Below are positions 30,905 to 39,799 of a DNA stretch of 43,292 nucleotides, piece after piece (position 1 is the stretch's first letter; each line of letters starts with the position of its first letter). The stretch is taken from the sequence record SRR22947727_339; one strand, given 5' to 3'. A model generated the notes under the pieces. It ran no database searches. It was not told where the DNA came from and saw only the letters and a list, made by a program, of their open reading frames with translations. Made by a program: the position numbers and the translations under genes.

Positions 30905-31195
30905 AAATATTGATAACCTATTCTAACTAACAAGCAAAAAATAAAAGCTTTTGCTCAGCAATAAATCTTTATCTTAATAGCAGTTTCAAATATAAATTTG
31001 AAACATTCCTATTATTGTAATTTTCGTTTTCAATTACAGAATAATATTCAATGCAATGTATTTTAAATTTTAAGTGATTCTACCTTAATTTCTCGAGGAC
31101 TCTCAAGTAATTAGAATTTATAATCTTACAAGTCAACTCCACCCTTTTTAGTTAAACCTTAAAATTAAATTTTAAAATTTATTACAATTAACTTT

Positions 31196-32335
31196 TTATT
31201 TTTGAATTTTTTTGAAAAAAATATTTAATAATTCAGCAGCCTTATCTGCCGACAGGCAACTTTCATTTTGTACATACTCACCTTTTTTTAGTTCAATCAG
31301 ACCCTTTCGTAAAGATCGTAGGTTCTCTGGGTTTTCGAGTAAATTCATCCAATCCCCTCCACCTAAATAGAGTATTGGTCGACGAGCCAAGCAGTACTCA
31401 ACATATTTACCTGGCAAAGCATGGCTTTCCTCTGGAGTATACAAAACTAAACCGTCTGCCGCAGATTGCATAGCTTGTGATTTAGTTAAACTTATTTGTC
31501 CATGATATGTAATTTTTGCAGATGAATTATCTATTAATGACTTTTCATCTTTGGTTAAACGTCCAGCGATATGCAAATGTAATTTAGGGCGAATTAATGA
31601 GGTCTTTTCAAAAATATTTAAAAGAGGGAATAAATGTCTTCTTCGATCAGATAATGTAAAACCACCTGAATGGACAATGTTTACATCAGTTGATGGTAGA
31701 ATGTATTTCTCTTTCTGCTCTTCACTAAAATGTCCAATGATTTTATGCGGCACCGAAACTGGTGCAAAAGTCAATATATCATTCATAACGTATCTAGAAA
31801 CTGCAGTTAGTCCGGATACATACTTAAGAGCACGCCTAGCAATAAGTCTCTCTACAAAACGTCGCAGCATTGAACGTTCAAGAATTTTTCGGTGTGGATT
31901 ATGAAACCAAGTATCTCTAAATTCCGCCACCCAATGAACATTTAACCTCTTAGCTAACCTTGACCCAACTATATGAATAGACTCTGAAGGACTTGTTGTA
32001 AAAATACCGTCCGGTGTTATCCCACTTTTTATAACAGCACGCTCAACACGCTTAGCCCAAAGTATATCTGCATCTGGCCATAAAAACCAAATTCTCATTA
32101 CGTTTTTAAAATTGCTGAATATATTAAATGTAGATTTATTGGACGATATGTCGGAAATTGCATTACTAGCACTGCCAATCACACATATGTGGTCAGGATC
32201 ATCTTCTACATTGAATGGAGTTACTAGTGTAATTTTATAACCGATTCTCCTTAAGGCACGTACCAAAAGAAAGGGCCTCCTAGCGCCTCCACTTATTTCT
32301 GGTGGATAGTGTCGAACAAGAAACAAATAATGCAT
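31196..32335 (-). CDS. GT4-like glycosyltransferase
   Basis: 'HYPPEISGGARR', 'WPDADILW', 'TTSP', 'VAEFRDTW', 'PGKYVEY....RPIL'; starts 3 nt after the sqdB-like stop. Confidence 0.85.
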   Translation of the reverse strand: MHYLFLVRHYPPEISGGARRPFLLVRALRRIGYKITLVTPFNVEDDPDHICVIGSASNAISDISSNKSTFNIFSNFKNVMRIWFLWPDADILWAKRVERAVIKSGITPDGIFTTSPSESIHIVGSRLAKRLNVHWVAEFRDTWFHNPHRKILERSMLRRFVERLIARRALKYVSGLTAVSRYVMNDILTFAPVSVPHKIIGHFSEEQKEKYILPSTDVNIVHSGGFTLSDRRRHLFPLLNIFEKTSLIRPKLHLHIAGRLTKDEKSLIDNSSAKITYHGQISLTKSQAMQSAADGLVLYTPEESHALPGKYVEYCLARRPILYLGGGDWMNLLENPENLRSLRKGLIELKKGEYVQNESCLSADKAAELLNIFFKKIQK

Positions 32336-32338
32336 GGT

Positions 32339-33487
32339 TTAATTAGCAATCTGCATCGTTAATCTATTTAAAAGTATATTATCTTTATATTTTTGTATTA
32401 TTTTTAATTCAGAAATAAGTAATTCACTGTTTAATAAAGTCGGTAAAATTCCCATATCAGAAAATTGTGTTTTTTTAATTTCATAATTATTCGCTTGGCG
32501 TTCTTCTTTAAAATGTTCATCTGAGGATATTGAAACAGAGATGTCCATTTCACCAGCAGCCTTTTGTACCTTATTGGCTATATCAATAGCTGAATATATT
32601 TCAGAATATTGATTATGTATCTTTACCTCACCTTTACGCGCAGGGTTATCCACTGAATATTCGATACATTTTAATGTATCAACGAGGTTTTGGTAACATC
32701 TAAATTGAGATCCTGAATTATAAACTGTCAAAGGTAGGCCAACAATAGATTGAGCCATAAATCGATTTATAACATTACCAAATACACAATCATAATATAA
32801 ATTTGGCATTAACTTTTCATTTAAAGTCGTTTGTGGGGTTTGCATACCATAAATAATTCCTTGCATTAAATTACTACATCGCAAGCCATATTTTCGGGAG
32901 TAAAATAATAATAATTGCGAACTCATAGATTTACTTACATGGTATATAGAGTCGCCCTCACGAGGAAATAAAAATTTTTGAGGTTTCTTGTCTTTATCTG
33001 AAAGTTTTAACCAGCCATTTTCAATCGCTACATCTGGAATTCCATACTCACCAATTGACCCAATTTTTATCAAATGACAATCAGGCGCATATTGTATAGC
33101 TCCCCATATGGTATTAAAAGTTACCTCAATGTTATTAGTAAGAATGTTTTTGGCTTCATCTCTCCCTTGCATCGAATAAGCAGCAGAGGGTTGCTCAGCA
33201 GCATGTACAATTGCTTTCGGTCTAATTCGTTTAATTAAATCTTCTACAAAGTTTATGTTAGTTATGTCACCAATTTCAACGTGTATATTAAGACCTGTTT
33301 CTTCTAAAAATAGTTTGGATCTCACTGACAAGTCAGGATTATCAAACATGGTATTAGAACCAGAAATTTTTGTAATTTCACGCCGTAAATAATTGTCTAT
33401 AGCAACTACTTCATGACCCAAAGTAGCTAAATACATTGCGAGTGGCCAGCCTACATACCCATCAGCACCAAGTATTATAATACGCAT
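32339..33487 (-). CDS. sqdB: UDP-sulfoquinovose synthase-like extended SDR (SqdB/SQD1/Agl3 family)
   Basis: 'GADGYVGWP', 'DNYLRR', 'HAAEQPSAAYSM', 'HLIKIGSIGEYG', 'YHVSK', 'LMQGIIYG', 'YD.VFG.VINRF..Q...G.PLTVY' match this family; several positions are diverged. Confidence 0.8.
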   Translation of the reverse strand: MRIIILGADGYVGWPLAMYLATLGHEVVAIDNYLRREITKISGSNTMFDNPDLSVRSKLFLEETGLNIHVEIGDITNINFVEDLIKRIRPKAIVHAAEQPSAAYSMQGRDEAKNILTNNIEVTFNTIWGAIQYAPDCHLIKIGSIGEYGIPDVAIENGWLKLSDKDKKPQKFLFPREGDSIYHVSKSMSSQLLLFYSRKYGLRCSNLMQGIIYGMQTPQTTLNEKLMPNLYYDCVFGNVINRFMAQSIVGLPLTVYNSGSQFRCYQNLVDTLKCIEYSVDNPARKGEVKIHNQYSEIYSAIDIANKVQKAAGEMDISVSISSDEHFKEERQANNYEIKKTQFSDMGILPTLLNSELLISELKIIQKYKDNILLNRLTMQIAN

Positions 33488-33503
33488 TCGAATCCTTTAA
33501 TAT

Positions 33504-34457
33504 TCAACTAAACTTACCAGACTTGTCACCAAAAGCATAAAGGTTTTGTCCTATTTTAGATTCATAATATGGAGACTCGTGGATTACCATCTTTTTAAAT
33601 GCCCTTACAAACGGGGGCAAATATTTGCCCTTTTTCCATGCAGTGGCTACCTGAAAATTTGGAAAATCCCTTACAGGCCGTATTAATAGGTCTTTATCTT
33701 GTACAGGGTCATAACACATTGATCCAATTAACGCACAGCCTAGCCCCATGCGTACAAAATTCTTTAATACATCTGTATCGGCAGCCGCAATTACAATATT
33801 TAGAGATATACCCTTATTATTAAAAGCTGCTTCCAGGGCCTTACGTTCAGAAATACCATTCACATAAGTTAAGATTGGATACTCAGAAATTCGCTTCATA
33901 TCAAGATATCCTGAGCTTAACTCATGCCCTTTTGGTATGCAAATACAATGCTCCCATGAGTAACCTAATTCAAAATCTAAATTAGGATCACTTGCAATAT
34001 TTTCAGTGCACATGGCAATATCTACTACTCCATTACTCACCAGTTTTGCTATATCCGAAGGCATTGTTTGATGAATTTTAAACTCGACCTTAGGCCATTT
34101 TGCCTGAAATCTGCCAATTATACTAGGTAAGAAATAGCGAGCTTGAGCATGAGTAGTTGCAACCGTCATGCTATCTTGGTCAATAGCACTTTGCTCAAAG
34201 GCTAAATTTTGTATATTAATTAAAGCTGTATCTATTGAGTCGATATCATTTAAAATTCTCGTTGCAAAAAAAGTTAATCCATCAAAGCGTTTGCCCTTGC
34301 GGTTTATGAGCTTTAAACCGACTGCCTCCTCCAACTCTTTTATTTTACGGCTTGCGGATGGTTGTGATAATTTCAAAACTTTGGCAGCACGTGATAACAC
34401 CATATCACTACGAATTAATTGACGTAAAAGTTGTATATGACCAATATCTATATTCAT
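33504..34457 (-). CDS. cysB: CysB/Cbl-type LysR regulator
   Basis: HTH 'SQPSASRKIKELEE', 'RKGKR..GLT', 'ATTHAQARYFLP', 'CTE', 'AADTDVLKNFVRMGLG'; divergent from cysH. Confidence 0.8.
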   Translation of the reverse strand: MNIDIGHIQLLRQLIRSDMVLSRAAKVLKLSQPSASRKIKELEEAVGLKLINRKGKRFDGLTFFATRILNDIDSIDTALINIQNLAFEQSAIDQDSMTVATTHAQARYFLPSIIGRFQAKWPKVEFKIHQTMPSDIAKLVSNGVVDIAMCTENIASDPNLDFELGYSWEHCICIPKGHELSSGYLDMKRISEYPILTYVNGISERKALEAAFNNKGISLNIVIAAADTDVLKNFVRMGLGCALIGSMCYDPVQDKDLLIRPVRDFPNFQVATAWKKGKYLPPFVRAFKKMVIHESPYYESKIGQNLYAFGDKSGKFS

Positions 34458-34550
34458 TTATATTATATAGCATTCATATTTATTTATATTCAAGATATAA
34501 GTTAATGGCTATACAGAATTCAGAAATATAAGAATAATAGGCCTTATATA
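34458..34550. promoter_or_regulatory. Divergent cysB/cysH promoter region, probable CysB binding site
   Basis: 93-bp AT-rich spacer between a LysR gene and its divergent target; imperfect inverted ends TATAGCATT (34466) ... ATGGCTATA (34505-34513). Confidence 0.5.
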
Positions 34551-35297
34551 ATGCACGAAAAAATATGCCTTAAATCCATTAGTGAAAAACTTAAAAATCT
34601 TAATTTAATAGATAGATTATTAGCTATTCGCGAATTAGTCGAAGGAAAAATTGTGTTCACATCATCGCTGGGCCTAGAAGATCAAGCTATCACCCACTCT
34701 ATTTTCTCTCAAAATCTAAAAATTGATATAGTGTCACTTGATACTGGTTTTCTTTTCAATGAAACTCACAAAGTTTGGAATGATACTGAAATTAAATATA
34801 AAAAAAGAATTAAACCATTTTTTCCTCATAAAAAAGAAGTTGAAAAATTAGTCGCGTCCCAAGGCAAGTATGGATTTTACGAAAGTATTGAAAATCGTAA
34901 AAAATGCTGTGCTGTTCGCAAACTATCAAGTTTAGATCGCTGCCTTAAAGGCTCTAAAGTATGGATTACAGGCATCAGGGCAAATCAAACTAAAGGAAGG
35001 AGTAAAATGGCATTTATTGAAAAAGATGAAGTTAGAGGTCTTCTTAAAGTAAACCCCCTTTTTGATTGGTCTACAAAAAAACTTCAGGAGTATTTGAATA
35101 TTCATCAAGTCCCAACAAACATTTTACATGCAAAAGGGTACACGTCTATTGGTTGCGAGCCCTGCACCCGAGCCATTAAGCCAGGTGAAGATGAACGTGC
35201 CGGACGTTGGTGGTGGGAAAATGAATTGGGTGAATCAGACCAAGAGTGCGGGTTGCACTTTAGTCCTGAAAATAAAATCATCAAGTCAAAAGCTTAA
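34551..35297 (+). CDS. cysH: Adenosine-5'-phosphosulfate reductase, [4Fe-4S] type CysH
   Basis: 'LDTG', cluster ligands 'KKCCAVRK' and 'SIGCEPCT', 'RAGRWWWE', C-terminal 'ECGLH'. Confidence 0.93.
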   Translation: MHEKICLKSISEKLKNLNLIDRLLAIRELVEGKIVFTSSLGLEDQAITHSIFSQNLKIDIVSLDTGFLFNETHKVWNDTEIKYKKRIKPFFPHKKEVEKLVASQGKYGFYESIENRKKCCAVRKLSSLDRCLKGSKVWITGIRANQTKGRSKMAFIEKDEVRGLLKVNPLFDWSTKKLQEYLNIHQVPTNILHAKGYTSIGCEPCTRAIKPGEDERAGRWWWENELGESDQECGLHFSPENKIIKSKA

Positions 35298-35307
35298 GGT
35301 AAAAACT

Positions 35308-36210
35308 GTGCGTAAACTATCCCATTTACAATTACTAGAATCAGAAAGTATGCATATTTTTCGTGAGGTTGTCGCCGAATCTGAAAATCCAGTAATGTTA
35401 TATTCAGTAGGTAAAGACAGCGCAGTTATGTTACATTTGGCACGAAAGGCATTTTATCCATCTAAAATTCCTTTTCCTTTAATGCATGTGGATACTACAT
35501 TTAAATTTCGGGAAATGATAACATTTCGAGAAAAAATACGTAAAGATCTAAATTTAGATATTATCGTTCATACAAATCCTGATGGTATCAAACAAAATAT
35601 GAACCCTTTCGACTTTGGTTCTGAGGTTTATACTAATATAATGAAAACAAAAGGCTTAAAACAAGCTTTAAACATTCATGGCTTTGACGCTGCTTTCGGT
35701 GGTGCACGGCGTGATGAAGAAAAATCACGCGCTAAAGAACGTATATTTTCGTTTCGCACAAAAGCCCACCAATGGGATCCAAAAAGCCAGAGACCTGAAT
35801 TGTGGAGCTTATATAATAGTCGCAAACATATCGGCGAAAGCATAAGAGTATTCCCACTATCTAATTGGACAGAATTTGATATATGGCAGTATATCTATCA
35901 AGAGAAGATTCCGATCGTACCGCTATACTTTGCTAAGAAGCGTCCAGTTGTTGAACGCAATGGCTCACTAATAATGGTGGATGATGAAAGATTACCTTTG
36001 TTCGCCGGAGAAGAGCCAACTATGAGAAATATTCGGTTTCGCACACTTGGTTGTTACCCCTTAACCGGAGCACAAATAAGCAATGCAACAACCCTACCGC
36101 AGATAATTCAAGAAACAATGATAGCCAAATTTTCTGAACGACAAGGTCGCGTAATAGATCATGATCAAAACGCATCTATGGAGAAGAAAAAACGCGAGGG
36201 CTATTTCTAA
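35308..36210 (+). CDS. cysD: Sulfate adenylyltransferase subunit 2
   Basis: '[11 protein letters not shown]', 'HVDT', '[15 protein letters not shown]', '[11 protein letters not shown]', '[11 protein letters not shown]'; GTG 35308 after AAGGT is the likely start. Confidence 0.96.
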   Translation: MRKLSHLQLLESESMHIFREVVAESENPVMLYSVGKDSAVMLHLARKAFYPSKIPFPLMHVDTTFKFREMITFREKIRKDLNLDIIVHTNPDGIKQNMNPFDFGSEVYTNIMKTKGLKQALNIHGFDAAFGGARRDEEKSRAKERIFSFRTKAHQWDPKSQRPELWSLYNSRKHIGESIRVFPLSNWTEFDIWQYIYQEKIPIVPLYFAKKRPVVERNGSLIMVDDERLPLFAGEEPTMRNIRFRTLGCYPLTGAQISNATTLPQIIQETMIAKFSERQGRVIDHDQNASMEKKKREGYF

Positions 36211-38120
36211 TGAATATTCAAAATGCCGAAATATCTGTTGAAAAGTATATTAATGATCAAGAGAAGAAATCTTTATTGCGCTTTATAACATGTGGCAGTG
36301 TAGATGACGGAAAATCCACACTAATAGGTCGTTTATTGTACGAGAGCAAGTTGCTTTTTGAAGACCAGATTACAGCCCTTGAAGCAGATTCTATAAAAAG
36401 TGGAACGCAAGGTGACGGTATTGATTTTGCATTACTAGTTGATGGATTGGCATCAGAACGTGAGCAAGGTATTACGATAGATGTCGCCTATCGATTCTTT
36501 AGTACTAAGGCCAGAAAATTCATAGTGATTGATACACCTGGTCATGAACAATACACTCGCAATATGGCTACAGGTGCGTCACAAGCTCAGCTAGCTATTT
36601 TACTGATAGACGCGCGTCTGGGACTCTCTACTCAAACAAAACGTCATTCTTATATTATAAAATCTCTGGGAGTAAACCAAGTAGTCGTAGCGGTAAATAA
36701 AATGGACTTAGTTAACTATTCGCAGAACCATTACAATGAGATAATTGCAGAATACACTGAGTTCGCAAAAAAAGTGGGTATCAAAAACTTTAAAGCCATT
36801 CCTATATCAGCATTAAAAGGAGATAATGTTATAAAAAAATCAACAAGGATGCCTTGGTACAAAAGTAAAGCTTTAATGAACTATCTAGATACCGTTTCAT
36901 TTGATAACTTACAAACGTCTCAACCATTTCGTATGCACGTGCAATGGGTTAACAGGCCTAATTCTGATTTTCGGGGGTTTTCTGGGCGCATAACCTCTGG
37001 ACAAATTCAAGTTGGCGATAAAGTCACCGCATTACCATCAGGGTATGAAAGCAGAGTTACAAAAATAATCTCAATGGATGCCGATTTGGAAATTGCTTTA
37101 CCTAATGAGTCTATAACTTTATGCTTAGCCGACGAAATTGATTTAAGCCGTGGTGATACTTTATGCTCCAGCGTTGATACTCCTAAAATTTCGGATCGCT
37201 TTAAAGCTAACATTCTCTGGATGAGCGAAGATGACATGCAACCTGGGCAAACCTACTTAATGAAAATTGGTACACGTATAACTAATGCTACGGTTATGAA
37301 GCCAAAATATGCAATTGATATAAACACATTAACGCATATTTCGGCCAAAACATTAAAGCTTAATGAAACTGGGGTTTGTATAATAAATACTGACCAAAAA
37401 GTTGTATTTGAACCTTATACTGTTAATAAAGAAATGGGTAATTTTATTCTCATCAACCGCCTGACTAATTCTACTGTAGCAATGGGCATAATAGAGCAAG
37501 ATGCAAAAGCCACATCAATTGAACTTAGTACAGATAAGTTATCAATTGATCGAGATCTGCGAGCAGGACAAAAAAATCAAATGCCTGTAACTCTTTGGTA
37601 TACAGGTTTAAAATGGTCTGGAAAAACTTTTATTGCTAACGCTCTCGATAGAAAGCTATTCGCAAATGGAAATCACTCTTTCATTATTGACTCAAATTCA
37701 ACCTGGAAAGGTTTATCCGAAGATTTAAATTATGAGGATGCTGATAGAACAGAAAATAGTCGTCGTGTAGCGCAAGTTTGTGACATGATGAATAATGCAG
37801 GGCTAATTGTACAAACATGCTTTACTTCCTCGTTTTTATCAGAGAGAAGGACCGCAAAGAAAACTATTGGCGAAGATAATTTTATAGAAATATATGTCAA
37901 TACTCCATTAGAAGTCGCTGAAGCGCAAGATATGACGGGTTTTTATAAAAAAGCACGAAGGGGTGAAATAAGTAATATTGCAGGTATAGACTTAAAGTAT
38001 GAACCTCCATTATACCCTGACATCGTTTTAGGATCCCAAACTCATTCATATGAAGAAGCGGCAGATATTATTTTTAATGAATTAATAAAACGGGGCTTTA
38101 TAAAAAAATTATCTAATTAA
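36210..38120 (+). CDS. cysNC: Sulfate adenylyltransferase subunit 1 fused to a degenerate APS-kinase domain (CysN/CysC)
   Basis: Intact GTPase motifs 'GSVDDGKSTLIGRLL', 'DTPGH', 'NKMD'; C-terminal CysC-like domain with altered motifs; TAATG overlap with cysD. Confidence 0.93.
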   Translation: MNIQNAEISVEKYINDQEKKSLLRFITCGSVDDGKSTLIGRLLYESKLLFEDQITALEADSIKSGTQGDGIDFALLVDGLASEREQGITIDVAYRFFSTKARKFIVIDTPGHEQYTRNMATGASQAQLAILLIDARLGLSTQTKRHSYIIKSLGVNQVVVAVNKMDLVNYSQNHYNEIIAEYTEFAKKVGIKNFKAIPISALKGDNVIKKSTRMPWYKSKALMNYLDTVSFDNLQTSQPFRMHVQWVNRPNSDFRGFSGRITSGQIQVGDKVTALPSGYESRVTKIISMDADLEIALPNESITLCLADEIDLSRGDTLCSSVDTPKISDRFKANILWMSEDDMQPGQTYLMKIGTRITNATVMKPKYAIDINTLTHISAKTLKLNETGVCIINTDQKVVFEPYTVNKEMGNFILINRLTNSTVAMGIIEQDAKATSIELSTDKLSIDRDLRAGQKNQMPVTLWYTGLKWSGKTFIANALDRKLFANGNHSFIIDSNSTWKGLSEDLNYEDADRTENSRRVAQVCDMMNNAGLIVQTCFTSSFLSERRTAKKTIGEDNFIEIYVNTPLEVAEAQDMTGFYKKARRGEISNIAGIDLKYEPPLYPDIVLGSQTHSYEEAADIIFNELIKRGFIKKLSN

Positions 38121-38210
38121 ATATAACTCTAGAGATAATATATTTTAATATAATTATTTATAAAACTAAAAATGAATGGCTATGTAAAAACTAATAATAC
38201 TTTAGCTGAC

Positions 38211-39791
38211 TTAATTCGTTTCGTCATCATGATTTAAATCGAACCCAGATGAAACCGGCATTACAGTTGGATCTTTCCAATCATAGACCAAAAAGTTCTC
38301 GCCTAAATCCTTTTTCCATTTATTGGGAATATTAGCATTAGTAGGAACTATAATTTTTATAAAAGGATTGCGTTTGGCCACTGCTAAAATATCAGTTACA
38401 TTGCACTCACTTAATAAACGCCAATCAATGATAAAAATATTTTTTCCCACTTCTTGCCAATGATCAATTAGCTGCATAATAAGTGGATAAATTTGATTGG
38501 GAATTTTATCTAAATGCCTAAAATGATCTTTGACTACAGGACGCGTAATTATTATTGTCTTCTCGCTTGGTAAGTACTCAGCAGTCGAACAATTAGGGTC
38601 TGTAAACAATGTTTCAATACGTTCCAATAAATTAAGATAGTTAAAACGTGTAATTACACCATTTCCTTTCAAATGAAGAACAAAAGGTAGGCGATTTTCA
38701 AGACCTCCATACTTAAAATTTTCTCTTTCAATAGAATATTCTTGACTTATCAACAGAGAATTTTCGATATCACGTGACATTTTAATCTGGGGAAAAAGGC
38801 TGGAAAGTCCTCCAATACTCCCAAAAATACCACGAGCTTTATTCATTATTTGCAACATTAGAATTACCTGAAAAGCCAATAACCCGATACCGGCACCATC
38901 CTCTCCTTTGTTGATCACAATTGTAAAATAAATAAGACCAAGAATAAAAGCACTGACAATAATAGATGAAGATGCATCAAGAAATGCACGTTTTTTGCGA
39001 AGTTTATAACGACTGTTTAAAAATTTACTAAAATCAGGCTCTAGGGTTTGCTTATCGTGAATTTCAATTGGCAAACGATACAGGCGGTTAAGGAGTTTAC
39101 TTAGACGAGATGCAAAGGCTGGCAGCTTTTTAGTGAAATAGATTTCAGAAATTTTATATATATTTGAAGATTGATTAACCATAAGCAAACTAGTTAAAGT
39201 CAAAATTGGTAATATAACCAAGGCAGACTTCCAATTTAATAATGCTAAAAATATTAAGGCCAACCCCATGGATAAAGTTTCAGGAAATATTTTCAACTGA
39301 GCTTGCATGGCTTCACTAGTGTGGCGCACATTTCTTGACAGATTCTTTGAAAACCAAACTCTTTTTATACTGTTTCCGGCATCATATTTATAAAACTTAG
39401 TTCTTCGATAAACTTCCAAAATACGATTGGTTTCCATGTTAAAAAATCTTAAGTCAATTGTTCGTATCAATATTGTTTTAAGATACACCATACATTGCTG
39501 TAAAAAGATCGAGAAAAAAGCTAATAGAAAACAAATATAAAGTGGCACTCCAGTTATAATCTTTAAAAAAAATCCATCAGCCGCCGCAGATGAGAAGCCA
39601 CTAGTAACACTAAAAATTATAAATGCTGGCGCTACAACAACTAAAATATCGGCTAAAATAGATAGTACAATGTAACCGAAAACATACAATTTATTTATAT
39701 TTAGGAATATAATCAAGCGGTCCCACTCAAACATTTTAGAGAGATTTTTGATAAATGATTTTTCTGGTAAAGATTTATCTGGAGTTTTCAT
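38211..39791 (-). CDS. ABC-exporter-type transmembrane protein (MsbA/PglK-like TMD) without a recognisable ATPase domain
   Basis: About 6 hydrophobic helices with ABC_membrane-like spacing ('LALIFLALLNWKSALVILP'); soluble C-terminal region with no Walker A or LSGGQ. Start taken at ATG 39791. Confidence 0.55.
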   Translation of the reverse strand: MKTPDKSLPEKSFIKNLSKMFEWDRLIIFLNINKLYVFGYIVLSILADILVVVAPAFIIFSVTSGFSSAAADGFFLKIITGVPLYICFLLAFFSIFLQQCMVYLKTILIRTIDLRFFNMETNRILEVYRRTKFYKYDAGNSIKRVWFSKNLSRNVRHTSEAMQAQLKIFPETLSMGLALIFLALLNWKSALVILPILTLTSLLMVNQSSNIYKISEIYFTKKLPAFASRLSKLLNRLYRLPIEIHDKQTLEPDFSKFLNSRYKLRKKRAFLDASSSIIVSAFILGLIYFTIVINKGEDGAGIGLLAFQVILMLQIMNKARGIFGSIGGLSSLFPQIKMSRDIENSLLISQEYSIERENFKYGGLENRLPFVLHLKGNGVITRFNYLNLLERIETLFTDPNCSTAEYLPSEKTIIITRPVVKDHFRHLDKIPNQIYPLIMQLIDHWQEVGKNIFIIDWRLLSECNVTDILAVAKRNPFIKIIVPTNANIPNKWKKDLGENFLVYDWKDPTVMPVSSGFDLNHDDETN

Positions 39792-39799
39792 AGCTATAA

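Noticed and set aside
31196-33487. Canonical SQDG sulfolipid operon
   Set aside because: No sqdC/sqdD recognised, and the adjacent GT resembles polysaccharide-type GT4s more than SqdX. Not fully excluded.
35128-35307. 60-aa N-terminal extension of CysD in the ORF track
   Set aside because: Overlaps the conserved cysH C-terminus; GTG 35308 with an RBS gives a normal-length CysD.
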